Below are positions 38,153 through 48,851 of a stretch of 56,540 bases of DNA, piece by piece (positions within the stretch are counted from its first letter, which is position 1; each line of letters begins with the position of its first letter). The notes under the pieces are model-generated. The model ran no database searches. It worked only from the letters and a program-made list of their open reading frames with translations, and was not told where the DNA came from. Origin of the DNA: Anaeramoeba ignava BMAN (taxonomy: Eukaryota; Protista; Anaeramoebae); contig JAPDFW010000041.1 in the NCBI GenBank assembly GCA_028826165.1, positions 1 through 56,540 on the forward strand, in the 5' to 3' direction. The translations under genes were made by a program, and so were the position numbers.

Positions 38153-40049
38153 ATGGAAATTTTACTTGTAAAAATATTTTATATTTATTTATTGGAAAAT
38201 TAATTATAAAAAAAACTATTTGCAAAATTAACTTGTTTTTCAATTCAATAAAAATTAAAAAATTAGAAAAAAAAAATACTTGAAATTTTTAAAACTGATA
38301 ATTTAGAACAATTAAAATCATTTTTACCTCAAAATATAAAACCAAATGCAGTTATTGATGTATTTATATCCTCAAATAAAATAAATTTAAAATTTAAAAT
38401 ATATAATAAAGGGAGTAAATAATAATAATTATTCTATTTAGCTTTGAGAAAAAAAAAACTTAATAACTTATTAAATTTAATTTAGAATGTAATTTAAATT
38501 TATATTTATATTCAAATTCATAAAAATTTTTGAAAATAATATTTTTAAATTATTCTTATTATAGGGTGATACATTACTTCATTTAGTATGTGGTTTTCGT
38601 CCAAAAGGAACAGAAATTATTAAATGGTTATTAAATAATAATTGTTCTGTTTCTAAAAAAAATGTAAAATAATGATGATAATAATTTTAATTTTAATTTT
38701 AATTTTAATTTTAATTTTAATTTTAATTTTAATATATTTTATAGTCTGTATATTAATTAAATTCTTTTTATTTGAACATTTTTGTTTTTGTTTTTAATTT
38801 GTATCATTTTAAAAAATTGGAATAAAGATTGTAAAAAAAAAAACAAATTGAAAATTCCATTTTCATAATTTTAAAATGTTAAATTTATATAATATAATTA
38901 AAGGGTCATAACCCTTTTCTTATTGCTTGTAGAAATCAAGCTTCTTTAAATGTTATTAAATTGCTATTAGAATCAGGAGCTGATATTCATGTTAACGATG
39001 TATTTATGAACAAAATGGAATGAATTTTGTTAATATTTTATATAAAATTATAAAATTATAAAAGAATGTAAATTTTGATTTAAATTTTGATTTGAATTAA
39101 ATTTTGATTTGATTTAAATTTTAGCAAGTAATTTAAAAGAGAAAATGTTGTTTAACTCTAGTTTATTTTTCTTTTTTTTATATTGTGAAACTATTTTATT
39201 TAAGATGAATACTCCATTACATTATCTTGTTATGTGGAAAGAATCAATTGATACTCTCAAATTTTTATTAGAAAAAGGAATTGATCCAAATTCTAAAAAT
39301 GTACACTTAATAATAATAATTATAATTATTATATATTAATGTTACAAAAATACTTTAATTTTTATTAGAAAGTTTTTATCAATTTTTCTTGATTGTTGTT
39401 TTTTAGTCAAAATAAAATAAAATTTATAAATGAAAATCATCTCATCTTATTTATTTAGAATGTATTAAAAAAAAATTTCTTTATAATTGATAATTGATTT
39501 AGATTTTTACATCTTAATATTTTAAGGGATTAACTCCATTACATTTAGCTTGTATTTGTGGTAGTGAAATTGAAAAAGTTAAACTACTTCTTGGTTATGG
39601 AGCTGATATTTTAGCAGAAGAAGTGAATTATTTTAATTCAAGGAAAAAACAATTTGATTAAATTTTCAATTAATTTAATTTTTATAATTTAGAAAGTATT
39701 TTTGATTTTATAACTGAATATGAATAAATATCAATTTATTTTCTTTTTTTTTGATTTGTAGAATGGAATAACACCAATAGATTATGCAACTTCATGGGCT
39801 TCAAATAAAGATATTTTATCATTATTTTTTTTACATGCAGAATCAAAAAATATTAAAATTAATGTGAATAATTTTTGAATTAAAATCATTCTAAATTTAA
39901 CATAAAATTATTATAATAATATCTTTTTTGATAATTTAAAGAAAGAAAAATTAGTATTATTAGCAAAAAGAACAGGATTATCTCAAGAAGTTTTAGATAT
40001 AATTGATAATGAAGAAAAGATCAACAAATCCAAAACATTTAGAAGATGA
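38153..40049 (+). CDS. Cryptic ankyrin-repeat protein (~243 aa), 17 exons including nine 3-nt microexons; all introns phase 0
   Basis: Large exons: 38153-38167, 38267-38359, 38565-38663, 38904-38999, 39205-39300, 39527-39622, 39762-39863, 39942-40049. With microexons in brackets: MEILLKKKILEIFKTDNLEQLKSFLPQNIKPNAVID[G][N]GDTLLHLVCGFRPKGTEIIKWLLNNNCSVSKKN[S][I]GHNPFLIACRNQASLNVIKLLLESGADIHVND[N][Q]MNTPLHYLVMWKESIDTLKFLLEKGIDPNSKN[K][N]GLTPLHLACICGSEIEKVKLLLGYGADILAEE[K]NGITPIDYATSWASNKDILSLFFLHAESKNIKINKEKLVLLAKRTGLSQEVLDIIDNEEKINKSKTFRR*. A 1-nt error near 40017 would extend an acidic tail to 40143. Exon 1 is the least certain. Confidence 0.85.
38412..39695 (+). other. Set of nine single-codon microexons
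   Basis: AG|NNN|GT at 38412-38414 GGA, 38486-38488 AAT, 38745-38747 TCT, 38828-38830 ATT, 39065-39067 AAT, 39125-39127 CAA, 39369-39371 AAA, 39459-39461 AAT, 39693-39695 AAA; flanking introns are 52-87 nt. Confidence 0.8.
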
Positions 40050-40302
40050 TGAAGATGAAGATGATGAAAATATTATTATTGAAATTATTTCTGAAACAAA
40101 GAAAATAGAAAATATTGATAATCAATCCAAAAATTTAAATTAGAATTAAAATTAAAATTAAAATTAAAATTAACAAAAAAAGTGGAACAAAATAAAATCA
40201 ATTTAAAATTTTCTTTTATTTTTCTTTTATTTTTTTATTAATGAAAAAAAAAAGAAATCAATTCAATTCAATTCAAATCAATTCAATTCAAATCAATTCA
40301 AA

Positions 40303-40743
40303 TCAATTCAATTCAACAACTTTGTAATTCAATAAGAAAGCAAAAGATAACCAAGCAAGATAAGGAGCAAAAATAAGAGCACCAACAAAATCAACAAATA
40401 AAAGAGAAACAAAAATCAAAGCAACAACAGAAATTAGTAAAGAAATAATAATAAGACCAACAAAAGGTTTTTGTTTCTTAAAGAAAAAAAATGGCCAAAT
40501 AAAATTAAGAACTAATTGAAAAATAGAAAGCAAAAAAATCTTATAATTTTCTTTTTGGAATTCTCGATTCAAAACAATTCCAATTAAAAGATATAAAATA
40601 GTCCAAGCAACAGGAAAAACATAACTTGGTGGTGTAAATTTTGGTTTATGTAATTTTTGATACCATTTTGTATTTCCTGAATTGGAAAATCTTGAAACTG
40701 TAAAACCTCCAATAACTGGTGTAAAAATAAGAATAAAATTCAT
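40303..40743 (-). CDS. tspO: TspO/MBR (translocator protein, tryptophan-rich sensory protein)
   Basis: WYQKLHKPKFTPPSYVFPVAWTILYLLIG, QLVLNFIWPFFFF, APYLAWLSFAFLLN; 146 aa, 5 TM, intronless. Confidence 0.93.
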   Translation of the reverse strand: MNFILIFTPVIGGFTVSRFSNSGNTKWYQKLHKPKFTPPSYVFPVAWTILYLLIGIVLNREFQKENYKIFLLSIFQLVLNFIWPFFFFKKQKPFVGLIIISLLISVVALIFVSLLFVDFVGALIFAPYLAWLSFAFLLNYKVVELN

Positions 40744-40914
40744 TATTAAAGATTTAAAGAAAAAGAATTTAAAAAAAAATGATTTTGTTGATTTTGAATT
40801 TTATTTTTTTTTAAACTTCCAATTTTTTTTTTTTTAATTAAAACAAAACCCCCTTTTTTAATTATTATTTTTTTTTTTTTTGATCTTTTGATCTTTTCCA
40901 AATAACCCCTTTTT

Positions 40915-41470
40915 AATTTATATTTAAATTTATATTTAAATTTAGATTTTAATTTTGATTTTGATTTTGATTTATATTTTGATTTATATTTTGATTTTGA
41001 TTTTGATTTTGATTTTGATTTTAATTTCCATTTAAATTTATATTTTAATTTTGATTTATATTTTGATTTTGATTTTGATTTTAATTTTGATTTTGATTTT
41101 GATTTATATTTATATTTTGATTTAGATTTATATTTGATTTTAATTTTAATTTTAATTTTGATTTATATTTTGATTTTAATTTTGATTTTGATTTTAATTT
41201 TAATTTTGATTTAGATTTAGATTTTGATTTTGATTTTAATTTATATTTATATTTATATTTTGATTTTGATTTTGATTTTGATTTTAATTTTGATTTTGAT
41301 TTTGATTTTAATTTTAATTTAGATTTTGATTTATATTTTGATTTTGATTTTGATTTAGATTTTGATTTTAATTTTAATTTTGATTTTGATTTTAATTTTG
41401 ATTTCTATTTATATTTTGATTTTGATTTTGATTTATATTTTAATTTTGATTTTAATTTTAATTTTAATTT
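40915..41470. repeat. Intergenic hexamer microsatellite (GATTTT/AATTTT/TATATT variants)
   Basis: Direct inspection. Confidence 0.9.
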
Positions 41471-41494
41471 CCAAATCTTTAAATCTTTAAAAAA

Positions 41495-43513
41495 TTAATT
41501 AATTAAACAATTCGATTTTTGTTTTGATTTAATTTGGAAAGCAGGATCATTTTTAGCTTTTTCTTCAGCTTTTTCATTTTGTTTTTGCATTTTTTTAATT
41601 TTTTCTTGAGCTTTCTTTTTTGCAATTCTTCTTTTTTTCTTCAATTTAAGATGATTATACATTGCATCAAGTTGGGAACTACTCATTCCATAATATTCAG
41701 AACAATCATATAATTCATCAGCCAATTCTTCATTAATATTTGTAAGTTCATCTGTGTATAAAAAATAAACAAATCTTTTAACAGCCTCAAAACTTCTTCC
41801 ACTAAAATCTGGAGCAGTATTTGATGTATCATTTACATTTAATAAAAGCATATTTCGATATAATTCACTTCGAGCAGCAAGAAGCATTTTATGAGCTTGA
41901 AGCTTTTGATCCTCAATCAAAATTGTAAAATCTTTGCTTTCTTCATCTTCATATAAATCTTTCATATCTTTTTGAAGTTGTTCTGATCCATTTTTGGGAT
42001 TAAATCCAAATCCATGTAATAATGAAGAAACAATACTAAATTGTGGATCATCAAATTTCATTTTGTGAATTCCTGTGTAAATAAAGAAGATGAAAGAATC
42101 TACAACTTCAAATGGATATTTTGAGCATTCATATTTGATCATATTTAAAAAATCTTCTTCTTTAATTGTATCTTGAGTGATTTCCTGAATATTTTGATTT
42201 TGAATTTGAATTTGATTTTCATTTTCATTTTCATTTTGATTTTCATTTTTAATTTGATTTTGATTTTCATTTTCATTTTTAATTTGATTTTGATTTTTAA
42301 TTTGATTTTCATTTTCATTTTGATTTTCATTTTGATTTTCATTTTTAATTTGATTTTCATTTTCATTTTCATTTTGATTTTCATTTTCATTTTCTTCTTT
42401 TTCCTTCTTAAATAATTTACTCCGAATCTTTAAAAAATAAGAATGAGCTCGAATACTTTTTCCATCTGAACAAATAATTTCGAAATCAGTCAAATCTTGA
42501 CTAACCAAAAAATTCCCCAAATCACGTTGAAGATCTGAAATTAAAGAAATCGAATGAAATTCTTTAACTGTAGTATATTTACTAACAACAACATCATAAG
42601 AACTACCACCAATCACATACATATTTCCATCTCTTTCAAAAACAGTAGGATCACGCTTAGCAAGAGGACGATCCAATCTCATTGTTTGAATTTTATTCCA
42701 AGTATTTGTATGAAAATTAAAAAAAAGTAATTCATCAGTTTCTTTGTTTGTTTTATGAATTTTGCCACCAAAAATAAACAAAGAATGCCTATAAATAACA
42801 GCTCCATGACCCGAACGTTGATCTGGAATAAATGAAGATTTTGCTTCAATAATTCTCCATTCTTCATTTTTTAAATTGAATCCAAAAATAAAATCATTAT
42901 CGTTGTAATGACCCCAACCTCCATAAAGAATAATTTCATCGTCATAAATATTCCAAGAAGCTCCTGAACGAGGTTTTGGAGCATTTCCTTTGTCATGAGT
43001 GATCATTTTTAAAGAATCTGAAACAATATCATATTCATAAAAAGAGAAATTATTTATATGTTCTGATCCAGAATAAATATAAATTGTTCCATCATAATAA
43101 AGTGATTTAAAATTAGATGAATAAAGTTTATTATTTAATGGTTTTGTTTGGATTTCAAATGAATCATTTGATTTTTTCAGCAAATTAACCAACATAAAAT
43201 TTGTTGAAATTAGCAACAATGTATCTTCAAATATCAAACAATCATAAATATTATAAAGATATTGTCTTATCACTCCCATTTTGTTGAATTTTTTTGTTTG
43301 TGGGTAATAAATATATAATTCAAAGTCTCCATATCCATATTCTGAATGTGACATAAAAAAAATAAATGCTTCTTCTTTTTTATAATATAATACTCGAATA
43401 CTTGGATAATATCCAAATGGTAATTGTGTATTTTCAGGGAAATCTTCAACATTCCATTTCTTATATTTTTTCTCTTTAATTTCTTTTTTTTTCTCTTTAA
43501 TTTCTTTATTCAT
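41495..43513 (-). CDS. Kelch-repeat protein with two BTB domains (LZTR1-like architecture), C-terminal CaaX-like motif
   Basis: Kelch motifs PKPRSGAS..IILYGGW, PDQRSGHGAVIYRHSLFIFGG, MYVIGG. BTB motifs LTDFEIICSDGKSIRAHSYFLKIRS and KDFTILIEDQKLQAHKMLLAARSELYRNM. Ends ...KQKSNCLIN*. Confidence 0.9.
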   Translation of the reverse strand: MNKEIKEKKKEIKEKKYKKWNVEDFPENTQLPFGYYPSIRVLYYKKEEAFIFFMSHSEYGYGDFELYIYYPQTKKFNKMGVIRQYLYNIYDCLIFEDTLLLISTNFMLVNLLKKSNDSFEIQTKPLNNKLYSSNFKSLYYDGTIYIYSGSEHINNFSFYEYDIVSDSLKMITHDKGNAPKPRSGASWNIYDDEIILYGGWGHYNDNDFIFGFNLKNEEWRIIEAKSSFIPDQRSGHGAVIYRHSLFIFGGKIHKTNKETDELLFFNFHTNTWNKIQTMRLDRPLAKRDPTVFERDGNMYVIGGSSYDVVVSKYTTVKEFHSISLISDLQRDLGNFLVSQDLTDFEIICSDGKSIRAHSYFLKIRSKLFKKEKEENENENQNENENENQIKNENQNENQNENENQIKNQNQIKNENENQNQIKNENQNENENENQIQIQNQNIQEITQDTIKEEDFLNMIKYECSKYPFEVVDSFIFFIYTGIHKMKFDDPQFSIVSSLLHGFGFNPKNGSEQLQKDMKDLYEDEESKDFTILIEDQKLQAHKMLLAARSELYRNMLLLNVNDTSNTAPDFSGRSFEAVKRFVYFLYTDELTNINEELADELYDCSEYYGMSSSQLDAMYNHLKLKKKRRIAKKKAQEKIKKMQKQNEKAEEKAKNDPAFQIKSKQKSNCLIN

Positions 43514-43580
43514 TAAAATTTCAAAAAATAAAATAAAATAAAAAAATGAAAATTTGTTTTTTGCTTTTTTTATTTTTGAG

Positions 43581-44059
43581 AATTAAAATTAAAATTAAAA
43601 TTAAAATTAAAATTAAAATTAAAATTAAAATTAAAATTGAAATTAAAATTGAAATTAAAATTGAAATTAAAATTAAAATTAAAATTAAAATTAAAATTAA
43701 AATTAAAATTAAGAATTAAAATTAAAATTAAAATTAAAATTGGAATTAAAATTAAAATTAGAATTAAAATTAAAATTAGAATTAAAATTAAAATTAAAAT
43801 TAAAATTGGAATTAAAATTGGAATTAAAATTAAAAATTAAAATTAAAATTAAAATTAAAATTAAAATTAAAATTAAAATTAAAATTGGAATTAAAATTGG
43901 AAATTAAGATTAAAATTAAAATTAAGATTAAAATTGGAAATTAAAATTAAAATTAAAATTAAAATAGAATTCGGAATTAAAATTATTAAAATTTGAATTA
44001 AAATTAAAATTAAAATTGGAAATTGGAAATTGAAATTTGAATTTGAATTGGAATTAAAA
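43581..44059. repeat. (AAAATT)n-type hexamer array abutting the stop codon of A2M copy A
   Basis: Direct inspection; a paralogous array lies at 48637-48851. Confidence 0.9.
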
Positions 44060-47000
44060 TCATCTTTCATCAGGAATAATTTCAATTTTAAATGGTTCAT
44101 TCCAACATTTATATTCGTTGTTATAATAAATATATGCTCTTGATGATGGACCTTGATATATTCCTGGTACACTTGCAATAACATCAATATTAAATTTAAT
44201 TTCTTCTTTGTCTTTTAAATTATACCAATAAAATACTAATTCTCTTGATCCAAACATTTCAAAAAATGCAAATATTTCTTGTTTCATCATTTCTTTTAGT
44301 TTTTCATATCTAACTTCCATTCCTCCTGGTAATCCAATAATTGCTATACTCATTGGAAGAACTTTATCTGTTTTGTTTCGGATAATTACTTCAATTTCTG
44401 TTGATTCTCCTTGTTTAATTTTTTGAATTTCATTTTGATTTTCATTTTGATTTGTTGTTATTAATTTGCTTTTCATTTCAATTAAACATTCTTTATCACT
44501 TTTGGGTTTGTTTGTTGTTAAATTAACTTGAAATACATATGGCATTCCAATTCCATCAATCATTTCTAATTCAACTGTGTTTTCTTTTCCTTTTTTTAAT
44601 TCTTTACAAAAATCTGGAAAAAGTATTGGTCCTGTATGTTTTTCATCAAATCCAATTGCTTCAATAGATTCTTCATTGATTTTTAATTCAATAGATCCTT
44701 CTTTCATCATTTTTGAATTTTTGATATCAAATTTTAATATTGCTTTTAATGCAAGAACTGTTGATTGTGTTGAACCAAAATTTCCTCCTTTGCAATTTGT
44801 TGTTAAATAATTCATCGCAAATTGAATATTTTCTGCAAATTCTTCATGAAAATTTAATAATGAAAGAATAACTAATGATGTTGTTTCCATTTTTAAATCA
44901 AATCCTCTTGATGATGTAATTGTTGTTTTGGATTTACTTATTGAACCATCTTCTTCTTGTGATTTAATTGAAATAATTTTGCGATTTAATTCAAGTGATT
45001 TTTCATTTAATCCAAAATTAAATAAACTTAATGAAATTAATGCAAGAAAATAACTATCTTCTTCCCATTCTTTTTCTTTGCTTTGTTCAAGTAAATATTC
45101 AATAACTTTTTCTAATCTGGAATATTCAATTTTAGATTCTGATAATGCCCAAGTAATATATGCATTTGTAATTTGTTCTGGTGAATGACTTAAATGATCA
45201 GGTGCATATGGATTTAATTCAAAAATTCTTTTTTCAGAATTAAATCTTGAAAATAACCAATTTTTAGTTCGATTTAACATTGTAAAATCAATATTCATTA
45301 CACTTGATAAATCAGTAAATTCCATAATTCCCATTGCAGTTAATGCTTCTGATGCTGGACTATTTCCAAACCAACTAAATCCTCCTCCTTTACATTCATA
45401 TCCAATTAATCTTTTATATCCTCTTTCTAATTTATCACTTGATTCTAATATCCAACTTGGATCAACTCCAACATGTGTTTTGAAGTATTGTTGTGCCATT
45501 GTTAATGGATAAACAGTTGTTGATGTTTGTTCAAAACATCCATATGGTTCTCTTATTAATGATTTCATTGATTCTTGAAGAGTTGCCATTGGTGATGGAA
45601 AAATACAACAATATGTTGTAAAACTTCCTTCAACAATATCATCTGGAATTTCAAATGTAAATTTCTTTTTACTGTTTGATTTCAAAAATCCTGATGAATT
45701 AATATCATATGGAAATCCAGTTGGTTTAATTTCAAGTTGTCGAATAACTTGATCTTTTAATGATGGATTATTATCATCAATTCCAGTTATTTTAAGTGAT
45801 GTTGTTTCTAAAATTTGTTCAACTTCAAATTCAAATAAATGTTTTGTTCTCATTTGAGATTTTAAAATATCATTCCATTTAGATTCACCAATAGGAATAA
45901 TTCCTTTATTCAAAATTTCAGTTTCTAATGATAATTGAATATCAGAAGGAAGTGAGTTAACTAATGCAACTGGAACAATAATTTTATCACCAAAAGATAC
46001 TTCAAGAGGTAATCTTGGTTCTAAATAAAATGGTTCTTTTGAATCAATCACAAAACTATCATAATATCCAAGTAATCCATTTTGATTACATCCATCAATA
46101 AAAATTCTGAAAGAAGAAACAGAATCATTTAAATCAAAAGTAAATTTCGCAAAACTTTCAGAAGTTTGATCTTTGGATCTTATAACAGATAAGTAAGGAG
46201 AATAAAATAAAGTATTGGTAAAATCGGAACGTTCTCCAGGTTTTCTTAATGAATTTGTTCGATGTGCATATACCCTTTGAAAAAGTAAGGCTATTTTTTT
46301 CTTTTTCATAGGCCTTCTTCTTCTGCTTTTTGCAGCAATTTTCTTTTTTTTAGGTTTTTTTTCAAAATCTTCCATTGGTAATGATTGCTTTTGTTTTGCC
46401 ATTTCTTGTTTCATTGGTGGAGGTGCTTCAGATAATATTGGTGCTTCAATGGATTTTCCATCTGTTTCTTCATTAGTTTGTTCATTAGTTTGTTCATTAG
46501 TTTGTTCAACAATTTGTTCACTTTCTGTAACTTTAGTAATAATTTGAGGTAATGTTTGGGGTTTAATGGATCTATCTTTGAAAACTTCATTATCTTCATA
46601 TTTATAAAGAACTAACATTCTTTCAAATTTTTCTTTATCATCTCTTTGAAATAAATTATTATCAATTTTGATAAATCTTCTCCATCCTTGTGTTCCTAAT
46701 AATAAATCTAATTCTTCATATTCTTCATTTTTTTCTTTTTCATTTTCATTTTCATTTTCATTTTCATTTTTATCTCTTTCTGGTGATAAATAAATTTGAC
46801 AATCTTCAAAATGTTCAACTTCATTTTCAAGGAAATACATTGATGGTAATCTTGCTGGTCTTTCTCTTTTTTCTTTCATTTTATATATTGAATCATCTGT
46901 TATTGTTATTCCAAAATCACATTCAATATTTTTTCCTTGTTTGTTTTTTGATTTAATTGTTAATGTAACTTTATCTCCTGGACAATAACTACTTTTATCT

Positions 47001-48421
47001 GCAATAACTTCAAATAAAATTTCATCATTTGGATGAACAAATATAATTCTTTCACAAAGTGGTTCTATATCTTGTTTTTCCCAAACAGTTATTCTTAATA
47101 CTCCATCATTTCCATTTGTATCTAATTTTATTTCTTGAGTTGTATTTGCTTGATTGAATTTAACATTTTTAGAAGTTATTAATTTTTCTTTTTTATATAA
47201 ACAAACTGGAAAATTTCCTTTAAATGATGAAGATAAAGTGATTGAAATTGACTCATTATATTTAAATGATTTTTTATTGGAAATTAAAGAAATTCCTTTT
47301 TCTTTTGATTTAGGAAGATTAATTGGAATTGTTATTCCACTTGGTTTAATAATTTGAATTGAATATTCTGAATTTGATTGAGGAATAAATTCAAATCTTC
47401 CTCTTCCTTCATGAATTGTTTTAACTATTTTTTGATTTTTGATTTTTGAATTAAATATTGAATAGATTTATATTTATATTTATATTTATATTTCAAATAT
47501 TTATATTTTATTTATATTTATATTTATATTTATATTTCAAATATTTATATTTATATTTATATTTATATTTCAAATATTTATTTACTTGTAATGTTTTTAT
47601 TAATATCTTCTTTATTTGATGAAATTAATATTCCTTCAAAATCAGCTGGATCACCTGTTGGTGTTGTTGCTTCAAAATATACTCCACATTTAACTCCATT
47701 AACAAGATCTCCTCCTTCTGGATATATATTAACATCTAACTTTTTTAAAATTATTGGAAGTGTTTTTGATGCATTTTCAATTACTCCTCCATCTTGAATT
47801 GAACAATTCAAATTTCCAATTCCTTCTTTAATATTTTCTGGTAATTTGAAATGAAATTAAACATTTTCCATTTTTATCAATTTTATAATCTCCTCGATAT
47901 ACTTCTTCATTATCAAGTCTTGCTATTGCTGTTACATTTGCTCCTTCAGGAAATCCTCCTTCAGCTCTTTCAACAAATAAACTTGCTTTGACTTCATCTC
48001 CTGCTCCATATGCTTTTTGAATAAATTCTAATTCATTTTTTAATCTTGGTGGTGAATAACTTTTAACTGTAACTTTTCTAATTGAATTTGGAATTCCTCT
48101 TCCATTTTTATAAACAATTTCAATCGTATATTCACCTCCTGATGCTGTTTTTGGTATTTCCCAAGAACCTGATAAAAAATTTTTTTCTCTTCCCAATCTT
48201 TTCTCAAATAAAATATCATTTTTAGGACCTTTGATTTTTAAAAAAGGAAAGCCACAATACATCGAATTTTCAAATGGTTTATGATTAAAAGCATCAAGAA
48301 TAATTGCTCTTATAAATATTTTTTCACCAGGTTTATAAGTATGTTTATCAGTTGAAATATGAACTGTAAATCTTTCAACTTCTGTGTATTCTTTTAATAA
48401 TTTTGATTCGTTATTTCCCAT
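44060..48421 (-). CDS. Alpha-2-macroglobulin-like thioester-containing protein, copy A (one intron 47425-47585; apparent 1-nt frameshift at about 47848)
   Basis: MG2-type VHISTDKHTYKPGEKIFIRAIILD; YPEGGDLVNG; LDLLLGTQGWRRF; RSDFTNTLFY..FDLNDSVSSFRI; thioester motif PYGCFEQT (GCFEQ at 45527-45541); GGFSWFG; receptor-binding-type C-terminus GPSSRAYIYY. Confidence 0.9.
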
Positions 48422-48636
48422 TTCTTTTTTTATTATTAATAATAATTAAAATAATAATAAAAATAATAAATTTTAAAAAGAAAAAAAATGAAAAATAAAA
48501 AATTTAAAATAATTTTTTTTTGCTTTTTTTATTTTAATTTATTCTTAAAGTAAGAACAAATTTTCTCTTTTTTTTTTTTTTCCATTTTCCTTCCACTTTT
48601 TTTTTTCACCTTTTTTTTTTAAATTGAATTAATAAT

Positions 48637-48851
48637 CAAAATTAAAATTAAAATTAAAATTGGAATTAAAATTAAAATTGAAATTAAAATTGAAATTAAA
48701 ATTGAAATTAAAATTGAAATTAAAATTGAAATTAAAATTGAAATTAAAATTGAAATTAAAATTAAAATTGAAATTGAAATTGAAATTAAAATTGAAATTA
48801 AAATTAAAATTAAAATTAAAATTAAAATTAAAATTAAAATTAAAATTAAAA
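48637..48851. repeat. (AAAATT/GAAATT)n array abutting the stop codon of A2M copy B
   Basis: Direct inspection. Confidence 0.9.

Noticed and set aside
38430-39420. Additional AG or GT sites in the microexon gene's introns (e.g. TTTAG CTT TG at about 38441, TAATTTGTATC at about 38800, TTTAGTCAA at about 39405, TATTGTGAAA at about 39185)
   Set aside because: Each lacks one of the two splice dinucleotides at 3-nt spacing; they may be decayed or cryptic sites but are not supportable as exons.
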